Below are positions 46,576 to 55,923 of a stretch of DNA of 64,000 nucleotides, piece by piece. The position numbers and the translations under genes are program-made. The DNA comes from Candidatus Moraniibacteriota bacterium (GTDB taxonomy: Bacteria; Patescibacteriota; Minisyncoccia; Moranbacterales; GCA-2747515): assembly GCA_942490825.1 (NCBI GenBank), contig CALNYG010000005.1, forward strand, positions 134,240 through 198,239, in the 5' to 3' direction. Numbering within the stretch: the first letter of the stretch is position 1; the number at the start of each line of letters is the position of its first letter. The notes beneath the pieces are model-generated. The model saw nothing but the letters and a program-made list of their open reading frames with translations. It was not told where the DNA came from and did not search any database.

Positions 46576-49380
46576 TTAAGGTGATGATTTAGTTGAATCA
46601 TCAGACTTATTTGATTTAGGTTTTTCTTCAGGGAAAGAAATTTTAGCCTTTTTACTACTTTCTACAGTATTACCAATATCATCAGTTAATTTAACTTTGA
46701 AAGTAATTTCAGAACCATCTTTTGATTTAGGAATATCATATTTAATATTTTTATCTTTAGTTTCGCCAATCTTATCACCACCAGCAAAATACTCTATTTT
46801 TTTCACATCATAAGGACTGTCAACATCAACTTTTATAGTTATTTTTTTGTCAGTAATTTTAGCAGGAATAGAAATTTTTATTTCAGGTTTATATTTATCA
46901 AAATCATCTTTTTTACATTCATCAGGCTTTTCTTCAAAAATCATTTTATCATCTTTTTCGTAATATTTTTCTATACCTTTCTCCCAACTTTTGTATTGAG
47001 GATCATTCTTTGGTTTATCTGGTTCTTCACCTTGAGGATCATCTTTTTTTACATAATAAAGAATATTATGAATATCAGCAAAATTTCTTTTCTTCCATTT
47101 ATCATCAGGACAATATTTATTTGCCTCACAATATTCATCATCTTCACCAGGAATTTCACAAACTTTAATACTATCTGGTTCAGGAAGTTCACCATCTAAA
47201 ATATCTTTACCTGTTTTATATTCATCTTTATCATATTTTGGGAATTTTTCACCAATTTTATCAGAGAAAACTTCAGTTAAAACCTTTCTAAATATTGGTG
47301 CGGCTACTGCAGATCCGCCACCACTATTACTCATTGAAGAGTTGTCATTATTACCGCCCCAAACACCAATGGTTATTTCTGGAGTATATCCTAATGTCCA
47401 AGCATCACGATTTTCGTTAGTGGTTCCAGTTTTTGCAGCGACTGTATCATCTTCAAATTTTAAAGCATTATTTTCTCCAAAAGCATCTACTCGATATTTA
47501 TTTCGAGAAAGAGAATGAGATAGCATAGTGACATATTTTTCTTCAACAATTCGTTCACCTTCACCAATTTCAGATTCTTCGATAACATTTCCATCTTTAT
47601 CCTCTATTCTTAAAATAGATCTTTTTTCAAATTTAACACCATTATTTGCAAACACAGAATAGGCTGCAACATGGTCAACTAATTTAACTTCACCACCACC
47701 TAGAACTAGAGATAATCCATAATGATTATCGCTTTTATTTAATCCAGTAATACCTAACCTTTTTACAAAACTTATTGTATCTTTGGTTTCTGCTAAATAA
47801 AGTATTTTTACAGCAGGAATATTTAAAGACATTGATAAAGCTTCTTTAAATTTTACAGGGCCACGGAAAGTTTCATCATAGTTCTGCGGTTCATAAGGTT
47901 CATCAGCTCCAATTTCAAATTTTGTTTCAACATCAAAAATTATTGTTTCAGGAGTATAACCTTTTTCAAAAGCATGGAGATAAGCATATGGCTTAAAAGA
48001 TGATCCTGGTTGACGTTCACTAATAGCAACATTTACATTACCATCAAATTTACAATCTTTCCCCGGAATACAACCTTCCGGTGAGGATTCTCCGAAATAG
48101 TCTCTAGAACCGACCATTGTTAAAATATCACCATTTTTTGGATCAATAGCAACTAAAGCAGCATTTTCAGCGTTATATTTTTCTATGTTTTGTGAAACGA
48201 TTTCTTTAATTATTGCTTCGGTTTTTTCTTGCTTTTCCCAATCTAGTGTAGTAATAACTTTCAACCCTTCTTTTTCTAAACGTTCCGCACCGTATTTTTC
48301 TTCTAAATATTCACGAACGTAAAATACGAAATGGGGTGCTTTAATGTTTTCTGTGTTCTTGGCCAACTTGGCGAATACATCTACATTTTTAGCTTCTAGT
48401 GCCTGTTCTGCGGAAATGTAACCTAATTCCACCATATTATCTAATGCGTACTCCTGACGTGATTTTACGCGTTCTCGGTTGGTTCCATATGGTGAAAATC
48501 GAGTTGGACTTTTTGGTAATGAAGCTAAAAGTGTAGCCTCATCTAAAGTTAAGTCTTTAGCTTTTTTATTGAAAAATGTTTGAGCTGCAGCTTCAATTCC
48601 ATAAGCATTGGATCCGTAGGGAATTTCATTTAAATACATTCCAAGAATTTCATCTTTTTCAAATTTCATTTCTATCTCTATGGATAAAATTAATTCTTTT
48701 ATTTTTCGAGATATTCTTCGTTCATTAGTTAAAATTGAATTTTTTACAAACTGTTGGGTAATTGTTGATCCTCCAACGCTTTGTCCAATCCCAAAAACAT
48801 TAGAAAGAACTGCTCTGATAAGTCCTTTGATGTCAAAACCAATATGAGTATAAAAATTTTGATCTTCTAAAGCAAGTGTAGCCTGCTTTAAAATATCTGG
48901 AATTTCTTCTTTGGGAATAATGGTTCTTTTTTCTTCTCCATGAATGTCATATAAAATTATTGTTCCGGTTCGATCGTAAATTTTTGTGCTTTCATCGATG
49001 GCTCGGGTATTTACTTTCCCTGGTTCTGGTAAGTCTTTTGCATAAAAAGCAAATATTCCAATTACTATAAATAATCCGATTAGACAGATTATTCCTGAGA
49101 TTTTTAGCAATTTTATAAATAAGGCTTTTTTATTTAAATTTTGCCATTTGTATTTTAGTTTTTCCCATAAATTTCCTCCGTTGAAATTATTCTGTGGTTT
49201 TTGTTGTGGCCGACGGGGGGTGTTTGGGGAGTTGTGTTGGATTCGATTAAATCTTTGGGACTGTCTTCCTTTTTCTTTTTTACTGAAAAGGTTGGTTATT
49301 TTGTTTTTTAATTGACAGAAAAAGCCACAATTTTGTTGTGGTCTTCTGCGGAAGTTATTGGTTGTGAATGTGTTTCGCAT
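46576..49380 (-). CDS. Bifunctional class A penicillin-binding protein (transglycosylase + transpeptidase) with a C-terminal extension
   Basis: The start is set at MRNTFTT (49380), because the longer ORF overlaps the divergent gene. GT51 motifs: EDQNFYTHIGFD, GGSTITQQ, RKIKE. TPase motifs: SSFKP, SLN, KTGTT. Confidence 0.9.
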   Translation of the reverse strand: MRNTFTTNNFRRRPQQNCGFFCQLKNKITNLFSKKEKGRQSQRFNRIQHNSPNTPRRPQQKPQNNFNGGNLWEKLKYKWQNLNKKALFIKLLKISGIICLIGLFIVIGIFAFYAKDLPEPGKVNTRAIDESTKIYDRTGTIILYDIHGEEKRTIIPKEEIPDILKQATLALEDQNFYTHIGFDIKGLIRAVLSNVFGIGQSVGGSTITQQFVKNSILTNERRISRKIKELILSIEIEMKFEKDEILGMYLNEIPYGSNAYGIEAAAQTFFNKKAKDLTLDEATLLASLPKSPTRFSPYGTNRERVKSRQEYALDNMVELGYISAEQALEAKNVDVFAKLAKNTENIKAPHFVFYVREYLEEKYGAERLEKEGLKVITTLDWEKQEKTEAIIKEIVSQNIEKYNAENAALVAIDPKNGDILTMVGSRDYFGESSPEGCIPGKDCKFDGNVNVAISERQPGSSFKPYAYLHAFEKGYTPETIIFDVETKFEIGADEPYEPQNYDETFRGPVKFKEALSMSLNIPAVKILYLAETKDTISFVKRLGITGLNKSDNHYGLSLVLGGGEVKLVDHVAAYSVFANNGVKFEKRSILRIEDKDGNVIEESEIGEGERIVEEKYVTMLSHSLSRNKYRVDAFGENNALKFEDDTVAAKTGTTNENRDAWTLGYTPEITIGVWGGNNDNSSMSNSGGGSAVAAPIFRKVLTEVFSDKIGEKFPKYDKDEYKTGKDILDGELPEPDSIKVCEIPGEDDEYCEANKYCPDDKWKKRNFADIHNILYYVKKDDPQGEEPDKPKNDPQYKSWEKGIEKYYEKDDKMIFEEKPDECKKDDFDKYKPEIKISIPAKITDKKITIKVDVDSPYDVKKIEYFAGGDKIGETKDKNIKYDIPKSKDGSEITFKVKLTDDIGNTVESSKKAKISFPEEKPKSNKSDDSTKSSP

Positions 49381-49498
49381 GGTACTTTTTATTACTTTAT
49401 GATGTGTAATTATTGTACTGCGAAAATGGGGGAGAGTAAAGGTTAGTTTAAGTTGGTTTGAAATGGTATAATATTTGAGTAATTTTAATTTTAAAAAT

Positions 49499-50950
49499 AT
49501 GATTGAGATAAATAATATCAATGATGTAAAAAGAGTAATTAAAAATGAAAATGTAAAAGTGTTTGGAATAGGTGGTACGCCAATCACTCGTACAGAAGCT
49601 CATCATTTTGTTGATGATTTTGAAGTTATTTGTTCAGTTGAAAATAAATTAGAAATATCTCAAATTAGTGAAAAAGTTAAAATAAAATGTTTTCCATTGA
49701 AAGATGAAAATGGAATATATATTAAAAAACCTTCTAAAATTTTAGAGAATAAAGATGTTCAAGATTATATAAGTATTGCGAGAAAAAAATATGATAAAAT
49801 TGCGATTTTTGTATTGAAACCAGATAAATTATTAGAAAAAATATGTCAAAATAATAATTGGATTTTAATTGGAAATTCTTCAAATATTATTAAGAAATAT
49901 AATGATAAAGAAGTGTTTCAGGAAATATTAAATGAGACAGATCTTAAAACAGGTACTTTTATTATTCAATTAGATCTATTAGAAAGTAACTTAGATTATA
50001 TTTTTGACAAGTTTGGAGAAAAAATTGTAATACAATTTCCTGAAGTGAGCGGTGGTGGACACGGAACATTTTTCTTTGAGAGAAAAGATAAAGATATAAT
50101 CATTCAACAAATAAACAATAGAATAAATATAATTAGTGAAAAGATATCTCCATCAACAAACATAATTATAAATAGTTTTTTTAGTGGACCAGCTTTGAGT
50201 ATTTTAGGATCAATTACACAAAATAATGAGATTATTGTTGTAAATCCACAACATCAACTAATTGATATTAAAGAAGTTACAAAGTCAAAAAATGATGCGA
50301 GTGGGATATTCTGTGGACATGATTGGACTTTAAACATTCCTGAAAAAATTAAAAAACAAGCTATTAATATTTCAGAAAAAATTGGAGTTTATTTAAAAAA
50401 ACAAGGAGTGGTTGGAATTTTTGGTACAGATTTAATGTGGGATTTGAAAAGTAATCAAGTTGTACCAATTGAAATTAATACACGTCTTACAGGGGTCTTT
50501 CCGTCTTTTGTGGATGTTCAATTAATTAATAATGAAGTTCCAATTTTAGCATTTCACATTTTGGATTTTTTGAAAATTTCTTATAAAGTTAGTGAGTCTT
50601 TTGTATATAGGAAAAATAATTTTTTAACAGGGGCTCAGTTAATTATTTTTAATAATCAGCCTTATTCAATTAGAATTAAAAAAACTGGAATTAAAAGTGG
50701 AATTTATTCTTTAAAAAAAGATAAATTATTTTTTGAGAGGGATGGTTTTGAGATGTCTGATATTCAAAATGATCAAGAATTTGTAGTTGTTGATAATGTT
50801 CCAGAAATTGGTTCAGTTTATGAAAAAAATAGAAAACTCCTTAGAATTATTTCTAAGGAGCCACTGGGTAAAAATTCATATAAATTAAATGAGTGGGGAA
50901 GAGAAATAGTTGAGAAAGTTTATGCTTCTATTGAGAGTGAAAAAATATAG
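49499..50950 (+). CDS. ATP-grasp superfamily protein (large, uncharacterised subfamily)
   Basis: About 484 aa from the ATG at 49499. Contains a Gly-rich loop FPEVSGGGHGTFFF and a late VVPIEINTRLTG (ExN-type metal/ATP site). Confidence 0.55.
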   Translation: MIEINNINDVKRVIKNENVKVFGIGGTPITRTEAHHFVDDFEVICSVENKLEISQISEKVKIKCFPLKDENGIYIKKPSKILENKDVQDYISIARKKYDKIAIFVLKPDKLLEKICQNNNWILIGNSSNIIKKYNDKEVFQEILNETDLKTGTFIIQLDLLESNLDYIFDKFGEKIVIQFPEVSGGGHGTFFFERKDKDIIIQQINNRINIISEKISPSTNIIINSFFSGPALSILGSITQNNEIIVVNPQHQLIDIKEVTKSKNDASGIFCGHDWTLNIPEKIKKQAINISEKIGVYLKKQGVVGIFGTDLMWDLKSNQVVPIEINTRLTGVFPSFVDVQLINNEVPILAFHILDFLKISYKVSESFVYRKNNFLTGAQLIIFNNQPYSIRIKKTGIKSGIYSLKKDKLFFERDGFEMSDIQNDQEFVVVDNVPEIGSVYEKNRKLLRIISKEPLGKNSYKLNEWGREIVEKVYASIESEKI

Positions 50951-51006
50951 AAGATTATTTTTAATTCATGATTTTTTATATCCTTAAAAAAGAAAATAAA
51001 AACTAA

Positions 51007-51963
51007 CTATTTTTTTAGAGAGAGCTTAAACATTTCAATTAATTCTTTATACAGCTCCATCATATAAGGCTTTTCTTCTTTAGTAAAGAATAATCCAGGC
51101 ATTGAATTAAATTCAACAATCCAAGGTTTTCCATTTTCATCAAACATAAAATCTACAGCAAAAACTCTTGGACAAAAGGAAATAAAGACTTCATTGACAT
51201 GTTTAATTATTGGCAGTATTGATTTTGGTAATTTGTTTTTAGGAACAATTTTTAAGCTACCTCCTTGAGATAAATTTGCTAAATAGCTATTCTCTTTTGG
51301 CTCTCTTATATAAGAATAAATAATTTTTTCATTTATTATTACAACTCGTAAATCGTGCATAGAGTGACTGATATCAGGGACTCCTTTTGATGAGTCAATA
51401 AATTCTTGAAGTAAAAAATCACCAGAAAATTTAATTTTTTTTAAATCATCATTTTTGTTTAAAATATAAACATCTTTCCCACCGCTTTCTGATAAAGGCT
51501 TTACTACAAATTTAGTACTTTTAATTTTAGGTAAAAACTTACTTAAATCATTTTTATTTTTTACAATAAAACTTTTTTTACACCATTTTTTAAAAATTAA
51601 GCTGGTTGTAAATTTATCATCAATTAGTCTAGTGAAGATTTGATCATTTATGAATTTATAACTTTTTCCAATTAATTCTTTCATAAAGTAAGTTTCCATT
51701 CTAGCTTTGGTTTTGTCATAAATTAAGTCAGGTTTTATATTGCAAACTTTTTTCCAATTACTATTTTTTTCTTCGTAAATCCATGCATGTTTAAAGATAT
51801 TCTTTTTGTAATCATATCACTGATATGAAGTTCTATACATTTGAATATTATTTTCCTTGCATAAAGTATAAAAATATTCATAGGAATATTTACAATCAAG
51901 GTTATTAAAAGGCTCTGCTTTTTCCCAATCACTTTTACCAAATAATATCATTACTTTTTTCAT
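51007..51963 (-). pseudogene. RimK-like ATP-grasp ligase paralog with an in-frame TGA (51817-51819)
   Basis: The ATG at 51963 gives MKKVMILFGKSDWEKAEPF...MYRTSYQ-TGA-YDYKKNIFKHAW..., continuous with ORF 51007-51699. The TGA aligns with Trp in the neighbouring paralog (RASIKW-FNEKNKCFTKAW). Confidence 0.7.
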
Positions 51964-52012
51964 ATTGTTTTATTGTTATCATTTATTAAAAATTCAGGTG
52001 TTTTTTCTAATT

Positions 52013-52987
52013 TTAGTTTATTTCAAAATTTAATGATTTCAAAAAAAGTTCAAAATTATGTTTTTTTATTTTTTTAGTACCAACTAACTGTAAAAAAACT
52101 AACCACAGAACTGTATTCATTTCTATTAATATGGGATTTTCATTATCGTCAAACATAAAATCTAAAGAATAATTTACATTAGAAAATATTGATAACTTTC
52201 CAACAATTTCTTTAGAAATTTCTATAACACTTTTTGGTAATTTACTTTTTGGAACTAAAACAACAGAACTTCCTTGATGAAAATTAGTAAATAAAGATCC
52301 TTCCTTTGCAATTCTGGAAAGAGCATATACTAATTTATTATTAGTATAGATTAACCTTAAATCAGCAACTTCATTTTTTTTAGAAAAACCAGGGATGCCT
52401 TTTGTGCTTTTTACAAAATTCTGCATAATAACAGGGTAATCGAAATTTTCATTTAAAGCTTGATTTTTTTTACCAATAAAAATACCAAATCCACCAGAAC
52501 CATTTACAGGTTTTATAACAACTTGTGAACTTTTTATTTTTTTTAAAGAAACTAGGAGTTCATTTTTATTATTAACAAGTAAAGTTTTTGGCATATACTT
52601 ATTAAATAGCATAGCTTGAGAAATTTTATTACCTGTAATTATTCTAAATAAAGGATGATTTAAAATAGGAATATTTTTTAAAATTTCCATTTTAATTTCA
52701 AGATATTTATAAGAATTTTTACCTGAGGTTTTATCAAAAATTGCTTGGGGTTTTATTTTTTTTGAAATTTTAATCCATTCTCCATTTTCAAATGTCCAAG
52801 CTTTAGTAAAACATTTATTCTTTTCATTAAACCATTTTATAGAAGCTCTGTAGAATTTTACATTATATTTTTCAGCTCTTTCATACCAATCTTCAAAAGC
52901 TAATTGAAAATTAATTTTATTTTTAGGAAAAGGATTTTTTTTATTCCAATCATCTCCATCGTATATTATAACTATATTTTTTTTCAT
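52013..52987 (-). CDS. RimK-like ATP-grasp ligase paralog
   Basis: Start set at MKKNIVIIYDGDDW (52987). Motifs: VVIKPVNGSGGFGIFI, ADLRLIYTNNKLVYALSR, LDFMFDDNENPILIEMNT. Confidence 0.7.
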   Translation of the reverse strand: MKKNIVIIYDGDDWNKKNPFPKNKINFQLAFEDWYERAEKYNVKFYRASIKWFNEKNKCFTKAWTFENGEWIKISKKIKPQAIFDKTSGKNSYKYLEIKMEILKNIPILNHPLFRIITGNKISQAMLFNKYMPKTLLVNNKNELLVSLKKIKSSQVVIKPVNGSGGFGIFIGKKNQALNENFDYPVIMQNFVKSTKGIPGFSKKNEVADLRLIYTNNKLVYALSRIAKEGSLFTNFHQGSSVVLVPKSKLPKSVIEISKEIVGKLSIFSNVNYSLDFMFDDNENPILIEMNTVLWLVFLQLVGTKKIKKHNFELFLKSLNFEIN

Positions 52988-53000
52988 AATTTTTATTAAC

Positions 53001-54410
53001 TTATTTACTAACATCAATTAAAAAACTCGATAAATTTCTTTTACCAATAAGCATCTTATATCTTAATTCGCCCCGATCAACAATATTGACTCTAGCAATA
53101 ACAACTTTCTTATCCATAACAAATTTAATCTTAACAACAGGACGAAGAGAAGAGCCACTAGAAGAAAAAACAATTGCTACAGTGTCTAAGTCAGGAATCA
53201 AATCTTTATATTTCAATAAAAAATCTTTTTTAATTAAAGATTCTTTTTCAGGTCTTAGACTATATTCAGATAAATCAATTTCATCAAACTTTTCTAAAGT
53301 TTTTTCAAAACCTAAATCAATCGCAACTTTTCGATCAATGGAACTAGAATAAGCTCCTGTATCTATCTTAGCCTCTAATTCTACTTCTTGTCCATCTTTT
53401 CCAAATAATTTTATTTTTTCGATAGAGCCAATTACACGTTTACCAGAAGTACTTTCTAATTCTTCTTCAATCTCACCACCAAATAAACTTTTTCCAACAG
53501 CCACACCTCGAGCTACGCTTTTAATTTTTAATCCCTCAACTCGTTCTAATCTTTTTTTTAATCCAGTCATATTGGCGATTTGAATTGCTAAACCAGGACG
53601 AGCGTTTAGTTCAAAAAAAACAGGTCCATAATTTTTATCGATAGCAATATCAGCCCCTAAAAAACCTAGTCCAGAAACTTCTTGAGCTTTTACTGCTAAA
53701 GTTAAAATTTCATTCCAGTGAGGAATTTTAATTCCTGAAAGTAATAGTCTTGAGCCTGGCAAATATTCTACAATTTTACCTTTGCCATGGACAGCAGTAG
53801 TAGTAACTCCTTGTGCCATATCAATCCCAATACCAATTCCGCCTTGTTGTAAATTAGCTTTTCCTCCAGAATCTTTTGTTGAAATCCGAAGCATTGCCAT
53901 GATGGGAACTTTATTATAAACAATTACTCGAATATCAGGAATTCCTTTATAGGAATATGGTTTGAAGTCTTTTATGATTTGAGTTCTTTCTTCAAAGAAC
54001 GCAATGTCAGGCATATTGGAAATAGAAAAGCCTCCATCTAAGATGCTTTGGACATGATTTTTCAAATCCTCAACATTCACTATTGATCCATCAGATTTAA
54101 TCCATTCGTTTTCTACGCCTTTCTTTCGAGCATAAACTACTAAAATTCCACCGCCACCGAGTCCGTTATTAGGCTTTAAAACAAAGCTTGGTGGTAAAAT
54201 ACTCCAATCGAAATTTTCTAATGTTTTATGAGAAGAAATTTGAGCAATCAGTTTCAGAACAGGAAGCTTATTTTTTATTAAAAGTTTTTTAGAGCGTATT
54301 TTATCATCAGCTAACCTTTTGGCTCTTTTTAAGTTATTCGGTCGAATGTAGGTTAAATTTCTAGCATTCATTCCTAAAATGTTTCTTCCAGCTTTTAATA
54401 GTTCAAACAT
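53001..54410 (-). CDS. Alpha-L-glutamate-ligase-like ATP-grasp enzyme fused to a C-terminal retropepsin-like (PF05618-type 'zinc protease') domain
   Basis: 469 aa. The N-terminus GMNARNLTYIRPNNLKRAKRLADDKIRSKKLL is typical of the RimK-related 'sugar-transfer-associated' ATP-grasp group. The C-terminus has LEAKIDTGAYSSSID ... DRGELRYKMLIGKRNLSSFLIDVS. Confidence 0.7.
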   Translation of the reverse strand: MFELLKAGRNILGMNARNLTYIRPNNLKRAKRLADDKIRSKKLLIKNKLPVLKLIAQISSHKTLENFDWSILPPSFVLKPNNGLGGGGILVVYARKKGVENEWIKSDGSIVNVEDLKNHVQSILDGGFSISNMPDIAFFEERTQIIKDFKPYSYKGIPDIRVIVYNKVPIMAMLRISTKDSGGKANLQQGGIGIGIDMAQGVTTTAVHGKGKIVEYLPGSRLLLSGIKIPHWNEILTLAVKAQEVSGLGFLGADIAIDKNYGPVFFELNARPGLAIQIANMTGLKKRLERVEGLKIKSVARGVAVGKSLFGGEIEEELESTSGKRVIGSIEKIKLFGKDGQEVELEAKIDTGAYSSSIDRKVAIDLGFEKTLEKFDEIDLSEYSLRPEKESLIKKDFLLKYKDLIPDLDTVAIVFSSSGSSLRPVVKIKFVMDKKVVIARVNIVDRGELRYKMLIGKRNLSSFLIDVSK

Positions 54411-54424
54411 AAATATAATGCTGC

Positions 54425-54452
54425 AATCAGTAACTAGTAATCAGTAACTAGT
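54425..54452. repeat. 14-bp tandem duplication AATCAGTAACTAGT x2, just upstream of the ATP-grasp gene start
   Basis: Read directly. Confidence 0.7.
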
Positions 54453-54533
54453 AACCAAATCTAAGCACGTTAAATATAAAATTATATTTTTACAATTTTT
54501 TGAATCGTAATTTGAGATTTTTTATTCTAAAAC

Positions 54534-55244
54534 CTACTGTCTTATTTTCTTGATAACTTCTCGGAAACGATAATATTCTGTTAAACGTAAACCTGTCCAT
54601 TTACCAATAAAAATATTTAAAGGCAATATTAATAATATAACGAATGGATAGGTTAGGACAAAATCAATAATGCTATATCCAGTATATGTTTTTGGACTCA
54701 TTAATGAATATCCTATAATTGCTATAATTAATGTTTCTATTGCTAAAATAGAAGCGGTCCTTGTTCCTTTTTCAATTTGAACAGCTACGAATTTTTCAAC
54801 TAAAGTAATCATTATTAAAATTGCAACAATTGAAGCTGATGCAAAGCCTGTTCTTAAAGCAGACCCAGCTAAAGCTAGACAAACTAGTGTCGAAAAGGAA
54901 ACTATAGTTATAGTTATAGCAACTCTAGGTAAATAAAGTAATCTCATTTTTTTCAAGATATAACGCATCATCATTCCTGTGGTTAAAACGATAAGATATA
55001 TGGCAATGGCATATTTTAAATTCCAGAAATTTTCTTTGGCAACTTCCATGAAAGCTACAGTAATAATTGTTGGTGTATAAATTCCGAAAGCTTTAATTCC
55101 AAGGATTTGTCTTAAAATAACTACGATCGTTGCGATGATTGGGAAGAGCATTAATAAAACAACATGCTCTAAGGGCACGCCAGAATCAAGAAAAAATTGA
55201 TTTATCCAAGGATGGATTTCTGTGTTTGTAAATAAATTTTCCAT
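54534..55244 (-). CDS. Seven-TM membrane protein resembling the 7TM module usually fused to an inactive transglutaminase
   Basis: 236 aa. LRQILGIKAFGIYTPTIITVAFMEV and overall 7TM topology. Its position directly upstream of the RimK-related ligase matches the known three-component association. Confidence 0.5.
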   Translation of the reverse strand: MENLFTNTEIHPWINQFFLDSGVPLEHVVLLMLFPIIATIVVILRQILGIKAFGIYTPTIITVAFMEVAKENFWNLKYAIAIYLIVLTTGMMMRYILKKMRLLYLPRVAITITIVSFSTLVCLALAGSALRTGFASASIVAILIMITLVEKFVAVQIEKGTRTASILAIETLIIAIIGYSLMSPKTYTGYSIIDFVLTYPFVILLILPLNIFIGKWTGLRLTEYYRFREVIKKIRQ

Positions 55245-55305
55245 AAGGCATTAGTATTTTAGATAATTAGTATTTAGAAACGTTATAACTTAAAATTAAA
55301 TATTG

Positions 55306-55836
55306 TTAATTTTTATTTAAATATTGTTGATAAATTCTAGAATTTAAATGACACAATGCTACAGCCAAGGCATCAGCAGCGTCATCTGGTTTTGGGATCT
55401 CTTTTAATTTTAGCACATTTTTTATCATTAACTGCATTTGTTTTTTGTCGGCTCGTCCGTAGCCTGTTAATGATTGTTTTATTTGCAGCGGTGTATATTC
55501 TCCAATTGGTAATTTTTTATTTTTTAAAATGTATAAAATTACGCCTCGAGCTTGAGCGACGGAAATTACGGTTTTTTTATTTTTAAAATAAAATAATTCT
55601 TCTACGGCTGCTTCGTCTGGTTTATATTCTTTAATCAATTCTTTTAAATCTGTTGCGATTAAATCTAAGCGTTCTGCGTCTGATAAATCTGACGATGTGG
55701 TTATTTGTCCGTAATCGATTGTTTTTATTTCTCTGTTTTCATTTTGTTCTAAAACGCCCCAACCAACAATTGCTGTTCCTGGGTCGATTCCGAGGACTCT
55801 GATTTTAGATTGGTAGACATTTAGATTGGTAGACAT
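55306..55836 (-). CDS. ruvC: Holliday junction resolvase RuvC
   Basis: 176 aa. IRVLGIDPGTAIVGWGVL plus the C-terminal DAADALAVALCH. Confidence 0.9.
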   Translation of the reverse strand: MSTNLNVYQSKIRVLGIDPGTAIVGWGVLEQNENREIKTIDYGQITTSSDLSDAERLDLIATDLKELIKEYKPDEAAVEELFYFKNKKTVISVAQARGVILYILKNKKLPIGEYTPLQIKQSLTGYGRADKKQMQLMIKNVLKLKEIPKPDDAADALAVALCHLNSRIYQQYLNKN

Positions 55837-55843
55837 TTAGATT
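55805..55843. repeat. 16-bp tandem repeat TTAGATTGGTAGACAT x2.4 covering the ruvC start codon
   Basis: Copies at 55805-55820, 55821-55836 and a partial one at 55837-55843. Each full copy carries an ATG on the minus strand. Confidence 0.8.
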
Positions 55844-55923
55844 TTTTATTTTAATAATTTATAAAAAATATTCAGAAAATAGTAAAACTTTTTAAGTAAA
55901 AGTCTAAGCGTCTAATGTTCTAA

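Noticed and set aside
49381-49587. N-terminal 69-aa extension of the PBP ORF (to 49587) and the TTG start at 49475 for the divergent ATP-grasp ORF.
   Set aside because: The two extensions overlap each other on opposite strands. MRNTFTT (49380) and the ATG at 49499 give non-overlapping genes with a 118-bp divergent promoter region.
51817-51819. TGA reassignment (code 4 Trp or code 25 Gly), suggested by the in-frame TGA at a Trp position.
   Set aside because: TGA ends conserved genes here (jag with ATGA overlap at 24337-24340; the ATGA at 14296-14299; others at 13552, 21873, 38807, 46252). All long ORFs are intact under the standard code with Trp as TGG.
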